Source: an uncultured Holophaga sp. (lineage in GTDB: Bacteria > Acidobacteriota > Holophagae > Holophagales > Holophagaceae). Taken from it: a DNA stretch of 64,000 bases. Positions 38,137 through 48,780 of the stretch are shown piece by piece. Positions within the stretch are counted from its first letter, which is position 1. Each line of letters begins with the position of its first letter. The stretch covers positions 736,001 through 800,000 of the forward strand of contig OY761614.1 in NCBI GenBank assembly GCA_963664825.1. Direction: 5' to 3'. The notes under the pieces are model-generated. The model saw nothing but the letters and a program-made list of their open reading frames with translations, did no database searches and had not been told where the DNA came from. A program made the position numbers and the translations under genes.

Positions 38137-39927
38137 CTACTTCAGGTTCAGATCCATGGGCATCCGGGCATAGACGCCCCGGGGATCATTCAGGGTCTGG
38201 AGCATGACGAGGGAGTGCTCGAACTGGGCCTTCAGTGCGCCCACGGGCCCCTGCTTGACGAGCCTGCGGTTCTCGCCCTTATTGAGGGCCTTCAGCAGCT
38301 TCTCCATGGGTTCCTTGGGCGCCTCGGGGGCATCCACGCGGTAGTCCTTCTCGATCTTGGCCAGCTTGGCGGCGCAGGTGATGGCATCCCGCAATCCGCC
38401 CATCTCGTCGACGAGGCCAATCTTGAGGGCGGCCTTGCCGGACCACACGCGGCCCTGGGCGATCTCGGCCACGGCCTCCTTCTTCATCTTCCGCCCCTCG
38501 GCCACCTTGGAGAGGAACTGATCGTAGATGCCATCCACGATGGACTGGATGCGGGCCAATTCCTCCACCGTGCGGGGCCGGGCCAGGGAGGGCGCCGCCA
38601 ACTTGGCGGTCTGGACGCTATCCCAGGTGATGCCGTGTTCGTTGGCCAGCTTCTTCACGTTGGGCAGGGCGCCGAAGACTCCGATGGAACCCGTGATGGT
38701 ATTGGGCTGGGCGAAGATGCGATCAGCGTAGGCGCTGATCCAGTAGCCACCGGAAGCCGCCACGTAGCCCATGGAGACCACCACCGGCTTGCCGGCGGCC
38801 TTCGCCAGAATGATCTCGCGCTGGATGAGCTCAGAGGCCGTGGCGCTGCCGCCGGGGCTATTCACCCGGAAGACGATGGCCTTCACGTTCTTGTCCAGCC
38901 GCAACCCGCGCAGCTCCCGGCTCAGACGATCGCCGCCGATCTGGTTGCCCGCGCCCTCGCCGTCCACGATCTCGCCTTCGGCGTAGACGACGGCGATGCG
39001 CTGCTTGCCCCTGGAGGATTCCCCGGGGATCTTGACGTAGGTATCCATATCGATCTGGGGGAAGTCCTTATCCTTGGCCGCCTTCCCTGAGATTTTCTTC
39101 AGCGCGTCCAGCACCTCGTCGTAGTTGGCGATCCGGTCCACCAGCTTGGCTTGCAGGGCTTCAGGGCTCAGCACCTCCCCCTTCTCGTCGGCCAGCTTCT
39201 GGATGTCCTCAGGCCTAAGGCCACGATCCGAAGCCACGGTGGCCTTCCATTCGTCCCAGATATCGCCCAGGAACATCTGGGTCTGTTCGCGATTCGCATC
39301 GCTCATCTTCTCCAGAAAATAGGGCTCCACCGCGCTCTTGTACTTGCCCACGCGGGTGATCTGCATCTCGATGCCATATTTCTTGAAGGCACCGGCAAAG
39401 AACATGGGCTCGGAGGCGAAGCCCGTCACGTCCACGCCGCCCATGGGGTGGACGTACACGGTGGAGGCCCCCCCGCAGAGGTAGAGATCCTTCTTGGCGT
39501 AGGCCAGGTTGTAGGCGATGACGGGCTTGCCGGACTTCAGCTTGAAATTCTGGATGGCCTCCCGCAGTTCCCGGAGGGCCGCCGGCCCACTGGCATAGCC
39601 CTCGGACTGCACATTGCCGGTGAGGAAAAGGGCGCTGATGGAGGAATCCTTGGCCGCTCGGTCCAGGGCATTGAGGAGCACAGGGAGGGGCGTGCCTTCA
39701 GCCCCGCCGCCCTGCATGGCCTTCTGGATGGCCGCGGCCGGACCGGCATCCTGGGCGGAATCGGGGATGGGCTGGGAGAGATCGAAGACCAGCACGGCCC
39801 TAGAGGGCACCTTCGGGGCGCTGGGCCCCATGGTGGCCACGATCCCGATGAGGAATAGGATCGCAAGCCCCCCGAAGACCACGAGGGCCGTCAGAGATGC
39901 GAAGAACGACTTGAAGAACGCCTTCAT
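38137..39927 (-). CDS. sppA: Signal peptide peptidase SppA (67K type)
   Basis: GKYKSAVEP, RVNSPGGSA, AASGGYWIS and TGSIGVFG. Confidence 0.95.
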   Translation of the reverse strand: MKAFFKSFFASLTALVVFGGLAILFLIGIVATMGPSAPKVPSRAVLVFDLSQPIPDSAQDAGPAAAIQKAMQGGGAEGTPLPVLLNALDRAAKDSSISALFLTGNVQSEGYASGPAALRELREAIQNFKLKSGKPVIAYNLAYAKKDLYLCGGASTVYVHPMGGVDVTGFASEPMFFAGAFKKYGIEMQITRVGKYKSAVEPYFLEKMSDANREQTQMFLGDIWDEWKATVASDRGLRPEDIQKLADEKGEVLSPEALQAKLVDRIANYDEVLDALKKISGKAAKDKDFPQIDMDTYVKIPGESSRGKQRIAVVYAEGEIVDGEGAGNQIGGDRLSRELRGLRLDKNVKAIVFRVNSPGGSATASELIQREIILAKAAGKPVVVSMGYVAASGGYWISAYADRIFAQPNTITGSIGVFGALPNVKKLANEHGITWDSVQTAKLAAPSLARPRTVEELARIQSIVDGIYDQFLSKVAEGRKMKKEAVAEIAQGRVWSGKAALKIGLVDEMGGLRDAITCAAKLAKIEKDYRVDAPEAPKEPMEKLLKALNKGENRRLVKQGPVGALKAQFEHSLVMLQTLNDPRGVYARMPMDLNLK

Positions 39928-40034
39928 AGGGGACTCCCTGGTGAGTGGATTCATGATGCCACACCCCCCAGGCCAAGGCCCCACCGGAGCGGTGAATGGA
40001 CGCGTGGAGCCGCCGAACCGTGGGACCATGAGGC

Positions 40035-41351
40035 ATGCGCGAGGATGCACCGATCTCCGTCAAACGCCTGCTGGAGCAGATCAAGGCGAGGCTTGAGCCA
40101 GCCTTCGCCGCGGTCTGCGTGCTGGGCGAGGTGAGCAATTTCAGGGGTTCAGGCCGCCACTGGTACTTCACGCTGAAGGAGGAGGGGGCCACCCTCCCCT
40201 GCGCCGTCTGGGCCGGGCAGCAGCGTTTCCTCAAGCACATCCCCAAGGACGGCCAGCGGGTGGTGCTGAGGGGCAGCCTCAATCTCTATGTGGCTGGGGG
40301 CAGTCTCACGCTGGCCATCACCCATTGCGAGTTGGCCGGCGTGGGCGATCTCCAGGCGCGTCTGCGGCAGTTGGAGGCGGAACTGCGCCTGGAGGGCGCC
40401 TTCGATCACCCCAAGCGGCCCCTGCCCCGTTTCCCGAAGCGCCTGGGCGTCATCGCCGCCCTGGGCGGCGCGGCCCTGAGGGATGTGCTGGAAGTGACCC
40501 AGCGCCGGGCTCCGGGCATCGATCTCCTCATCGCCCCGGCCTCGGCCCAGGGCTCCAATTGCGTGCCCGAGAACCTGCTGGCCCTCCAGGAACTCCAGGA
40601 CGAGTTCTGGGGCTGCGAGGCGATCCTGATGGTGCGGGGAGGCGGCAGCCTGGAGGATCTCTGGGGCTTCAATGATCCCGAACTCGTGCGGGCGGTGGCC
40701 ACCTGCCGCATCCCCATCATCACCGGCGTAGGCCACGAGATCGACACCACCCTGGTGGATCTGGCCTCGGATCGACGGGCCGCCACTCCCAGCCAAGGGG
40801 CCGAACTGGCCACACCGGATCGCCAGGAACTGTCCAGTGAGCGGAAGCGGCGCACCGAGGCCCTGGTAGCCAAGATGGATTGGCGACTGCGGGGACTCGA
40901 GACCACCCTGAACCTCCTGGTGGATCGCAGCCTCCTGCGCTGCGCCCCGGGCCTCGCCCCCCAGGAGCGCCTCGGCCAGCTCTCCCAGCGCCTGCATCTG
41001 GCCCACCCCCAGCGCCGCCTGGACCAGGCCACGCACCGCCTGGCCCTCTTGCGCCAGCGCCTGTCCCACACCTCGGCCCTCACGGCCGGGGAAGCCGATC
41101 TCGCCCGCATCCACCAGGCTCAGCAGCGCCTGGGCCCGGCCGCCACCTACGCCCTGGAGAACCGCACCCACCGCCTCGCCCTGCTGAGCGCCCGCCTGGG
41201 AGGGCTGGATCCCACGGGCCCCCTGGGGCGGGGCTTCGTCTTGGCCACCGACGCACAGGGCAGGCCCGTCACATCCTCCAGGACCTTGGCCCCCGGCGCC
41301 GATCTGGAACTGCGCTGGAAGGACGGTGCGCGGAAGGCGGCACTGGAATAG
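40035..41351 (+). CDS. xseA: Exodeoxyribonuclease VII large subunit
   Basis: GEVSNF, HWYFTLK, RGGGSLEDLWGFN, GVGHEID and AATPS. Confidence 0.95.
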   Translation: MREDAPISVKRLLEQIKARLEPAFAAVCVLGEVSNFRGSGRHWYFTLKEEGATLPCAVWAGQQRFLKHIPKDGQRVVLRGSLNLYVAGGSLTLAITHCELAGVGDLQARLRQLEAELRLEGAFDHPKRPLPRFPKRLGVIAALGGAALRDVLEVTQRRAPGIDLLIAPASAQGSNCVPENLLALQELQDEFWGCEAILMVRGGGSLEDLWGFNDPELVRAVATCRIPIITGVGHEIDTTLVDLASDRRAATPSQGAELATPDRQELSSERKRRTEALVAKMDWRLRGLETTLNLLVDRSLLRCAPGLAPQERLGQLSQRLHLAHPQRRLDQATHRLALLRQRLSHTSALTAGEADLARIHQAQQRLGPAATYALENRTHRLALLSARLGGLDPTGPLGRGFVLATDAQGRPVTSSRTLAPGADLELRWKDGARKAALE

Positions 41352-41449
41352 GACCCAAAGCCTGTCCACCTGGGAAAGCTCCAGACGATCCTGTAAAAGC
41401 GCCTCAGCACCGCAGGGCCACGTTCGCCGTGGCCCTGCGGGTTTCCCAT

Positions 41450-43492
41450 CTACTCCGTGGCCTTGGCCCGGCGGCTATAGATCACCACGTAGGCACAGAG
41501 GGCCAGGAGGGCGACCAGGCCGATGGATTCGCCCATCTTGCCGGTGGCCGCCGCTTCCGAGAGCAGGGGGAAGCCGTTGGCCCACTTCAGTTTGATGAAG
41601 CTGGCCACCACACCCATGATGGCGCCGCCGGCCATGAGGCCCGAGGCGATGAGCACGCCGCGGTTCTCCCTCGCCTTGGCATCGGCTTCAGAAGTGCCGA
41701 TCTTGGGGCGGTTCACCCAATGGGAGAGGAGGCCGCCCAGCACCAGGGGAATATTGAGTTCGATGGGCAGGTACATGCCCAGGGCGAACCCAAGAGCGGG
41801 CAGTTCCACCATGCGGAGCACAAAGGAGAGGACTACGCCCAGCCCGAAGCCATACCAGCGAAGAGGCATGGAGGTGGCGCCGAAGATGCCTTCCAGGATG
41901 GCCTTCATGGCGCTGGCCTGGGGGGCGGGCAGGGCGTTGGTGCCCATGAGGAAGGCGCCGTCCGCCCCCTTCTGGTTGGCCAGCAGCCACATGGCGATGC
42001 CCGTGAAGAGGGCCGCCACCAGGGTGCCCACGAACTTCCAGGCGATCTGCTTGGCGGGGGTGGCGCCGATCCAGTGGCCGATCTTGAGATCCGTGCTGAA
42101 GGCGCCGGAGGCCGCCAGGGCCGTGCAGACGATGCCGCCCACCATCATGGTGAGGAACATGCCGTAGCCGCCGGAGAAGTTGAGCTTGAGCATCACCACG
42201 CCGGTGATGACCAGGGTCAGCATGGTCATGCCGGAGATCGGGTTGGTGCCGATGGTGGCGATGGCGCGGGCGGCCACGGGCGCGAAGAAGAAGGAGATGA
42301 CAAAGACCATCGCCGTGCCCACCAGGGCCGGGATGAGGGCATGCCGGATGCCCAGGCCGAAGGAGAGGAAGAGCAGGGTGGAAAGGCCCGCCACCACTAG
42401 GCCCACGGTGACCATGCCGCCGGGCAGGGTGCGGTCCGTGCGCTTGGGCACCGTCGCTTCCACCTTCTGGCCACTCATGAGGGCCTTCAGGTTGCTGATG
42501 ATGCTGCGGATCATATTGGGCAGGGAGGCCAGCACGCCCATGACGCCCGCGCCTGCGATGGCACCCACGCCGATGATGCGCACGTAGTCCCGGAAGACGA
42601 TTTCGGGGCTCATGTCCTTGATGAGGATGCCCCCCGGGGCCAGGACGATGGGGACGTACTGACCCACGGCATGGACCAGGGGCACCAGCACGAACATGCT
42701 GAAGATGGAACCCGCCGCGATGACTGCCGTGTAGCGCAGGCCGATGATGTAGCCGATGCCCAGGGTGGCTGCGCTATTGAGGAAATTGAAGGCGAAGAAG
42801 CGCTCCCGCATGGCCTGGCCAATCCAGACACTCTTCAGGGTGATGTTCTCCCCCATGGCGCGGAAGATGCTCACCAGGCCGTCATAGGCGGCGCCGATGC
42901 CCGCGGCCACGGCCAGCTCCTTGGCCTGGTTGCCCGCCTTCTCGCCGGTAACCAGGATCTCGGCCGTGGCCGTGGCTTCGGGCCAGGGGAAGATGCCGTG
43001 GTTCTCCACCATGAAGTTATGGCGCAGGGGCAGCAGGAACAGGATGCCGATGCATCCGCCGATGAAGCTCACCAGCACCACCTGCCAGAGCGAAGGGGTC
43101 GGCACGCCGCTGCCCGCCGTATTGGCCAACACGTAGAGGGCGGGAATGGTGAAGGCCGCCCCGGAGACCACATGGCTGCTATTGGCGCCGATGGACTGGA
43201 TGATGACGTTTTCCAGGAGGGTGTTCTTCCGGGCGTAGAAGCGGCTGAGGCCCACGGCCAGGATGGAGATGGGGATGGCCGCCTCGATGCCCTGACCCAA
43301 TTTCAGGGCCAGATAGGCCGCCGCCATGGAGAAGATGGCGCAGAAGATCAGCCCCAGGATCACGCTGCGGGACGTAACCTCGGGCATCCCGTCCTGGGGC
43401 ACCAGGGGGACATAGGCCTCTCCTTCCCGCAGCGGCCGCCGGGCGTTCTCCGGCAGGCCCTTGATGACCGGGGTTTCAGTGTCTTGGGACAT
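41450..43492 (-). CDS. OPT-family oligopeptide transporter
   Basis: YLALKLG..IEAAIP, ENVIIQ, WPEATA, NPISG, DLKIG and LPAPQA. Confidence 0.92.
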   Translation of the reverse strand: MSQDTETPVIKGLPENARRPLREGEAYVPLVPQDGMPEVTSRSVILGLIFCAIFSMAAAYLALKLGQGIEAAIPISILAVGLSRFYARKNTLLENVIIQSIGANSSHVVSGAAFTIPALYVLANTAGSGVPTPSLWQVVLVSFIGGCIGILFLLPLRHNFMVENHGIFPWPEATATAEILVTGEKAGNQAKELAVAAGIGAAYDGLVSIFRAMGENITLKSVWIGQAMRERFFAFNFLNSAATLGIGYIIGLRYTAVIAAGSIFSMFVLVPLVHAVGQYVPIVLAPGGILIKDMSPEIVFRDYVRIIGVGAIAGAGVMGVLASLPNMIRSIISNLKALMSGQKVEATVPKRTDRTLPGGMVTVGLVVAGLSTLLFLSFGLGIRHALIPALVGTAMVFVISFFFAPVAARAIATIGTNPISGMTMLTLVITGVVMLKLNFSGGYGMFLTMMVGGIVCTALAASGAFSTDLKIGHWIGATPAKQIAWKFVGTLVAALFTGIAMWLLANQKGADGAFLMGTNALPAPQASAMKAILEGIFGATSMPLRWYGFGLGVVLSFVLRMVELPALGFALGMYLPIELNIPLVLGGLLSHWVNRPKIGTSEADAKARENRGVLIASGLMAGGAIMGVVASFIKLKWANGFPLLSEAAATGKMGESIGLVALLALCAYVVIYSRRAKATE

Positions 43493-43550
43493 GCGGACTC
43501 CTCGCAAGAGTTCAATGGGAACGTGCTCTCAGATTGCCATGGGGCGGACT

Positions 43551-45335
43551 TCAGTTCTCGTACTTCCCGATCACGCCCTCCGCCACCCTCCGGGTGAGGC
43601 TGTGGTAGCCGGGGGCGGCCTTGGCGAAGACATCCCGCGCGAGTTCTCTTCCAGCCGTTGTCTTGCCCAGGGCCTGGTAGAGGGGGCGCACGTACTTCAT
43701 GCGGCCGATTGTGGAAAGCACCTGCCGCACACGCTCGAAGGCGGGGGCGTAGCCGCTGCTCGCCGCGATGCAGAGCCATTCCACCAGGATCTCGAAATTG
43801 CCCCGCTGGGTGAGATGCAGCTTCCCGTCCAGCCAGACGCAATCCTGCTCCGGGATTTCGTGGGGCAGATGCTGGAGGTAGATGAGCAGCTCGCTCATGC
43901 CCCAGGCCTGGATCTGGGCATCGGCAGGGCGCTGGCCCGCCTTCCAGCCTTCGGCCAGGGTCGTCAGCGTCTCCAGCATGGGCGACACGAAGCGCGGCGC
44001 GTCCAGGGGCAGCCCGGCCTCGTGCAGCCAGGCGTCTGCATGCACCCGGGCCAGGAGCCCTGGGAACTGTGCCTCGGTGAAGGCGCAGAACTGCTCGGTG
44101 GTGATGCTCTGGAAACGGAAGCGGCCCATATAGGCCTTCAGGAATTCCGCGAAGGCCCCTTCCCCCACGGCCCGCTCCAGAGTGATCACGAAGCGGGCGC
44201 CCTTCTCGTAGGGGATGCTGCAGAAGGCGTCATCGGGATCGATGCCCTCCAGATGGGTGCGCAGCTTGGTGAGTTCGGGCTGTTCCCGGAAGCGCTCCAG
44301 GCTCTCGTCCAGGGCCCTCTGGCCGATGGCCCAGCTCAGCGCCTCGGCCTCCGCTCCATGGAGCGCCCGCAGGATGCGGCGTTCGGCCCACACCGTGAAG
44401 CCCTCGTTGAGCCAGACATGCTCGGCCGTGGCGTTGGTGACGAGATTGCCCGTCCAGCTGTGAGCCAATTCGTGGGCCACCACGTCCACCAGGCTGCGGT
44501 CCCCGGCCAGGAGGGTGGGCGTGAGGAAGGTCATGCGGGGATTCTCCATGCCGCCGTATGGGAAGGAGGGCGGCAGCACGAGCATGTCGTAGCGATCCCA
44601 ATCGTAGGGACCGAAGAGGCCCTCGGCCTTGGCCACCAGGGATTCGGTTTCCGCAAATTCCCAGGCGGCCTTTTCGATGGTGGCCGGCTCGGCCCATACG
44701 CGCACGCGAGGGGAGATCTCCCGGCTCTCCAGTTCCCCCACGGCCAGGGCCAGCAGGTAGCTGGGGATGGGCTGGGGCATCCGGAAACGAAAGGTGCGCC
44801 ATCCCGGCCCGGAAGGCGCGTCCCCCTGGGGCCCGGCGCTCATCACCGCGCTCAGGCCCTCGGGCACGAGGATCTCGGCGTCGTAGTTCACCCGCGCCAC
44901 CGCACAATCCTGGCAGGGCACCAGGGTGCGGGCATGGATGGCCTGGCACTGGCTGAAGAGGAAGGGCTGCTTGCCACCGGCTGTCTGTTCGGGGCTGAGC
45001 CACTGGAGCCCGAGGGCCTCCGGGCTCGTCTCGTAAGCGATGGTGATGCCCAGGGTTCCCCCAGGCAACTGAAGGCGCAGGCGGCTGCCCAGGATGGGAT
45101 CGGCCTCCCCCAGTTCGAAGGGCAGGTTCGCCGCCGTGGCCGTCACGTAAGCCCGGTGGATGGTCAGGCCCTTGGTATCGAGATCGAGGGTGCCCTCCAC
45201 CCCCTGGCCCGGAAAGACCAGGGTGGCCTCGCCCTCCAGCACCCTGCGTTGGAAGTCCACCCGCAGGCGCAGATGCCAACTGCGAGTGCGGGGCTGGGCG
45301 TCGTCGAAATAGGAATGAGGATCGATGCGGGTCAT
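43551..45335 (-). CDS. M1-family aminopeptidase (leukotriene A4 hydrolase-like)
   Basis: DPHSY, PYGGMENP, HELAHSW...WLNEG and PYEKG. Confidence 0.93.
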   Translation of the reverse strand: MTRIDPHSYFDDAQPRTRSWHLRLRVDFQRRVLEGEATLVFPGQGVEGTLDLDTKGLTIHRAYVTATAANLPFELGEADPILGSRLRLQLPGGTLGITIAYETSPEALGLQWLSPEQTAGGKQPFLFSQCQAIHARTLVPCQDCAVARVNYDAEILVPEGLSAVMSAGPQGDAPSGPGWRTFRFRMPQPIPSYLLALAVGELESREISPRVRVWAEPATIEKAAWEFAETESLVAKAEGLFGPYDWDRYDMLVLPPSFPYGGMENPRMTFLTPTLLAGDRSLVDVVAHELAHSWTGNLVTNATAEHVWLNEGFTVWAERRILRALHGAEAEALSWAIGQRALDESLERFREQPELTKLRTHLEGIDPDDAFCSIPYEKGARFVITLERAVGEGAFAEFLKAYMGRFRFQSITTEQFCAFTEAQFPGLLARVHADAWLHEAGLPLDAPRFVSPMLETLTTLAEGWKAGQRPADAQIQAWGMSELLIYLQHLPHEIPEQDCVWLDGKLHLTQRGNFEILVEWLCIAASSGYAPAFERVRQVLSTIGRMKYVRPLYQALGKTTAGRELARDVFAKAAPGYHSLTRRVAEGVIGKYEN

Positions 45336-45465
45336 GGCAGGCCTACGGAACGCGGCGGGAAGCGCCGCATGAAGCACAGGAATGGCAAAGGACCAGGGGG
45401 TGGGACTTCCGCCATTATCCCTAGGGAGCCCCCAGCATGGGGTCACAATTCCAGGTCCAGAGGGC

Positions 45466-46869
45466 CTAGAGCAGCCGGTTCACGAGCCGGTCGAGGCGGA
45501 CGCGATTCAGGCGATTGAGGGCCTTCCGGATGGGCTGGGGATAGTGGCGAGGGGTCTCCAGATCCCGGTAGCCCTTCAGTCGGGTGGTGTTTGCAAGGAT
45601 GGCCGCCCGCTCCGCGGCGTGCATCTGGGCCAAGAGCCCCCGGGGATCCCGGATGACCAGACCATTTTCCAGGTCCATGCTCCAGGCCCGGGGATTCAGG
45701 TTATTGCCCGTGACCACCGTGAATTCATCGTCGATGAACAGGCCCTTCAGGTGGAAGGTGTTGTCTTCATGGCGCCAGAGATGGATGTGCAAGCGTCCCT
45801 CCTCGATGGCCTCCTGGTGCTGCTTGGCGAAGCGGCGCAGGTTGGCTTCGTAGAGATAGGGCAGCAGGCCGATGGTCTTGAAGGGCTCCGAAGGCGGGAT
45901 GTAAAAATCGTTGGCGGTCTTGTCGCCCACCACGAGGGTGACGTCGCGCCCGCTGGCCAACAACCGGGAAAGGGCCCTGTTCATGGGGCCCGGCAGATTG
46001 AAGTAGGGCGTGAAGAGCACCAGTTTGCGTTGGGTGGATTTCACCAAGGCCAGGATCGCGTCGTTGAGCATATTGGCCAGGCCACCAAAACCGATCAGGG
46101 GCGTGATCTCCACATCCTGGGCGCCGGAGGCCTCCCCCTGGAAAAGGTAGCGGGCGCTCCGCAATCCCCGGCGGAAGCCTCGGATGGCCGGCCCTTGGCT
46201 GCGGGTGCTGGGGAGGATGGACTGATTCAGGGCGCACACGGCCGGGTTTTCCAGCAGCGCGGAGCGCACGAAATCCGCCAGGCAATCGGCCAGAACCTTG
46301 CTCTCGAAGAGATGGTAGCGGTCCAGGCGATACCGTCCGTGGCGCGCCAGGTAGACATCATTGAGGCTGGCGCCGCTGTAGAGCACTGCGTCATCGAAGA
46401 TGAAGCCCTTCAGATGCAGGACGCCGAACAATTCCCGACGATGGACGGGCACGCCGACGATATGGACCCCTTCGCCATAGCGGGAGGCATACTCCTGGTA
46501 CATGGCCGCGTTCCCGGGGCTCTGGGCCTTGCCGATGAGGCCGCGCTGGGCGCGGTGCCAATCCACGAGAACATGGATCTCGAGTTCCGGCCGGACTCGA
46601 TGCGCGGCGTAGAGGGCCTCCAGGATCTCCCGGCCCGTGGTGTCATCCTGAAGATAGAGGGCCACCAGGATGATGCGCCGCCGAGCCTGGGAGATCCGCT
46701 GGAGCAGAAGGGAACGGAATTCCGCAGGCGCAGGCAGCATGCGCACGGCTCCGGCCGCCACGGGAATAGAGGGCAGCTCGGTCACCCTGATGGGAGGCAC
46801 GGCCCTGCCCCGCAGGCGCAAGGCTGTGCGCGCCAGACGGCCCTTCCCGGAGGGGAGCAGCTTTTCCAT
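45466..46869 (-). CDS. pssA: PLD-type CDP-diacylglycerol--serine O-phosphatidyltransferase
   Basis: Two HKD motifs (HLKGFIFDD, HLKGLFIDD), DWHRAQRG.IG and GDKTANDFYIP. Confidence 0.9.
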   Translation of the reverse strand: MEKLLPSGKGRLARTALRLRGRAVPPIRVTELPSIPVAAGAVRMLPAPAEFRSLLLQRISQARRRIILVALYLQDDTTGREILEALYAAHRVRPELEIHVLVDWHRAQRGLIGKAQSPGNAAMYQEYASRYGEGVHIVGVPVHRRELFGVLHLKGFIFDDAVLYSGASLNDVYLARHGRYRLDRYHLFESKVLADCLADFVRSALLENPAVCALNQSILPSTRSQGPAIRGFRRGLRSARYLFQGEASGAQDVEITPLIGFGGLANMLNDAILALVKSTQRKLVLFTPYFNLPGPMNRALSRLLASGRDVTLVVGDKTANDFYIPPSEPFKTIGLLPYLYEANLRRFAKQHQEAIEEGRLHIHLWRHEDNTFHLKGLFIDDEFTVVTGNNLNPRAWSMDLENGLVIRDPRGLLAQMHAAERAAILANTTRLKGYRDLETPRHYPQPIRKALNRLNRVRLDRLVNRLL

Positions 46870-46950
46870 GGCACTCAGTATAGCGGTGCCCTGGGGCCCA
46901 GGGGAAAGCCGGGTCGCCCCGGCCTTCCCACAGGAAACCTAAACGCCGGT

Positions 46951-48597
46951 CTATTCCTCTTCCGGAGCCAGTCCCTTGACCTTCTTCACCTTGAGGATCT
47001 CGCCCCGCTCCTTGACGATGCGCTCGTACCAGTCCTTGGAATAGGCCGGGTGGGTCACTTCGCCCTTCTCATCCCGGACATTGCCATCGAGGTACTTCCA
47101 GATGAGGAATTCCCCCAGCTTCTTCCAGCGCTTCAGGGTGAGTTCCGATTGTTCGGCGCTGTATTGGGTGAGGTAGTCCCTGGCCAGGGCCGGGCTCTGG
47201 TCATAGAGCTTCCGGGCGGCGGCTTCCACTTCGTCCTGTTCGTTGATGAACTTGCCCTCCAGCTCCCGCTGGACCTTCTGGACATCGACGATCATGTCGC
47301 TCCAGCGGCTGTAGGTGTAGTTGCTCACGAAATTGAAGGTCCAGAAGGCGCTATCCCAGTTGAACTCGTTCCAGTTGCCCGTGCCTTCCGCGTAGGGCCT
47401 GGGGGCCGCCTTGATGCCGCAGTGCATGGGCACATAGACGGTGCAGTAGGTGTCGTCCACGCCGAACCAGAACACGCCGCCGATGGGGTTGGGCATGAAG
47501 GAACGGGCCTGGGCCACGAAGGAGAAGCCCGTCTGCTGGGTGCTGATGGCGCGTTCCTGGATGTAGTCCTGGCCCGCCACCTTGAAGGTCATGGGGCGCC
47601 AGCGATAGGGGAGTTTGAAGGGGCCCGCGCCCACATCCTGGGTCATATCGAAGTCCGTGCCCGTGAAGTGATCGCGCATGAGTTCCATGACCTCGTGCAC
47701 ATCGAGCTTGTGATCGGGTTTCACGGAGAGGGGCATGGGCTGGGCCCCCTCCACGGCCTTCACGAAATCCATGCTGATCTTCTGGGAGGGGCAGGCGCGG
47801 TTGAAGACGCTCCACACCCGGCCCTCACAGCCCCGCAGGCTGCCGAAGGTGAGAGGACAGTAAGTGTCGGCGAAGCTGAAGTCCTTGTCCTCGCCCTTGT
47901 AGAGGCCCTTCTCCCGAGCGAAGGCGATGACGTCCTTGCTGTAGAGGCAGTTCTTGGAATCGTTGAGAGAGAACTGGCGGATGCGGGCCTGGTTGGCGTG
48001 AGAGCTGATGGTGCCATCCGGGATCTTCACGGCCACCCACACGGCGCCCTTCTGGCCCTTGCCCTTGCCGATCATCTCCATGATCCAGGCCTCGTTGGGG
48101 TCGCCGATGCTGAAGCTCTCCCCTTCGGAGATGTAGCCGAATTCCTCCGCCAGCTTGGTCATCACCTGGATGGCTTCCCGAGCGGTCTTGGCCCGTTCCA
48201 GGGCGATGTACATGAGGCTGCCGTAATCGACCATCCCGGAGCGACCTTCGGAGAGGGCCTTGCGGCCGCCGAAGGTGGTCTCACCCACCATCACCTGGAA
48301 CTCGTTCATGTTGCCCACGCGGGTGTAGGTGACGGGCACTTCCGGGATGCGGCCCAGGAACTTGCCCGTATCCCACTCGTTGATATCGCGGAGCTCCGTG
48401 GGGAGATGGCGGGCGCCGGCCTTGAAGTAGAGTTCCCCGTAGAGGGTGTGGCTATCGGCGGCGTAGGTGATGAAGGTGGAGCCATCCTTGCTCGCGCCCT
48501 TGGTGACGAGGATGTTGGTGCAGGCCTCGAGCTGGGGACTGACGGCTGCGGCCGCCACTAGCGCGATGGCCGCCAGGGATCGGAAGGTGAGCTTCAT
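46951..48597 (-). CDS. C69-family dipeptidase (secreted)
   Basis: Signal peptide, then N-terminal nucleophile CT (ACTNILVTKGAS); GNMNEFQV..GETT. Real start is MKLTF at 48597. Confidence 0.9.
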   Translation of the reverse strand: MKLTFRSLAAIALVAAAAVSPQLEACTNILVTKGASKDGSTFITYAADSHTLYGELYFKAGARHLPTELRDINEWDTGKFLGRIPEVPVTYTRVGNMNEFQVMVGETTFGGRKALSEGRSGMVDYGSLMYIALERAKTAREAIQVMTKLAEEFGYISEGESFSIGDPNEAWIMEMIGKGKGQKGAVWVAVKIPDGTISSHANQARIRQFSLNDSKNCLYSKDVIAFAREKGLYKGEDKDFSFADTYCPLTFGSLRGCEGRVWSVFNRACPSQKISMDFVKAVEGAQPMPLSVKPDHKLDVHEVMELMRDHFTGTDFDMTQDVGAGPFKLPYRWRPMTFKVAGQDYIQERAISTQQTGFSFVAQARSFMPNPIGGVFWFGVDDTYCTVYVPMHCGIKAAPRPYAEGTGNWNEFNWDSAFWTFNFVSNYTYSRWSDMIVDVQKVQRELEGKFINEQDEVEAAARKLYDQSPALARDYLTQYSAEQSELTLKRWKKLGEFLIWKYLDGNVRDEKGEVTHPAYSKDWYERIVKERGEILKVKKVKGLAPEEE

Positions 48598-48780
48598 ATG
48601 GACCCTTTCATGGGGAATGTGACATCGCAATGCGATGGTTGATTGTACGGGTTCCCTTCCCGAAGACCAAGGTCGACCTCGCTCCGGGGGACCCGTCCGG
48701 CAGAGACCTCCCTCCGATGGGCGAGAACCCGGGAACCCCGAGCCCACCCATGCCATCGTGAAGGGACAGGAGCCCTTCCC

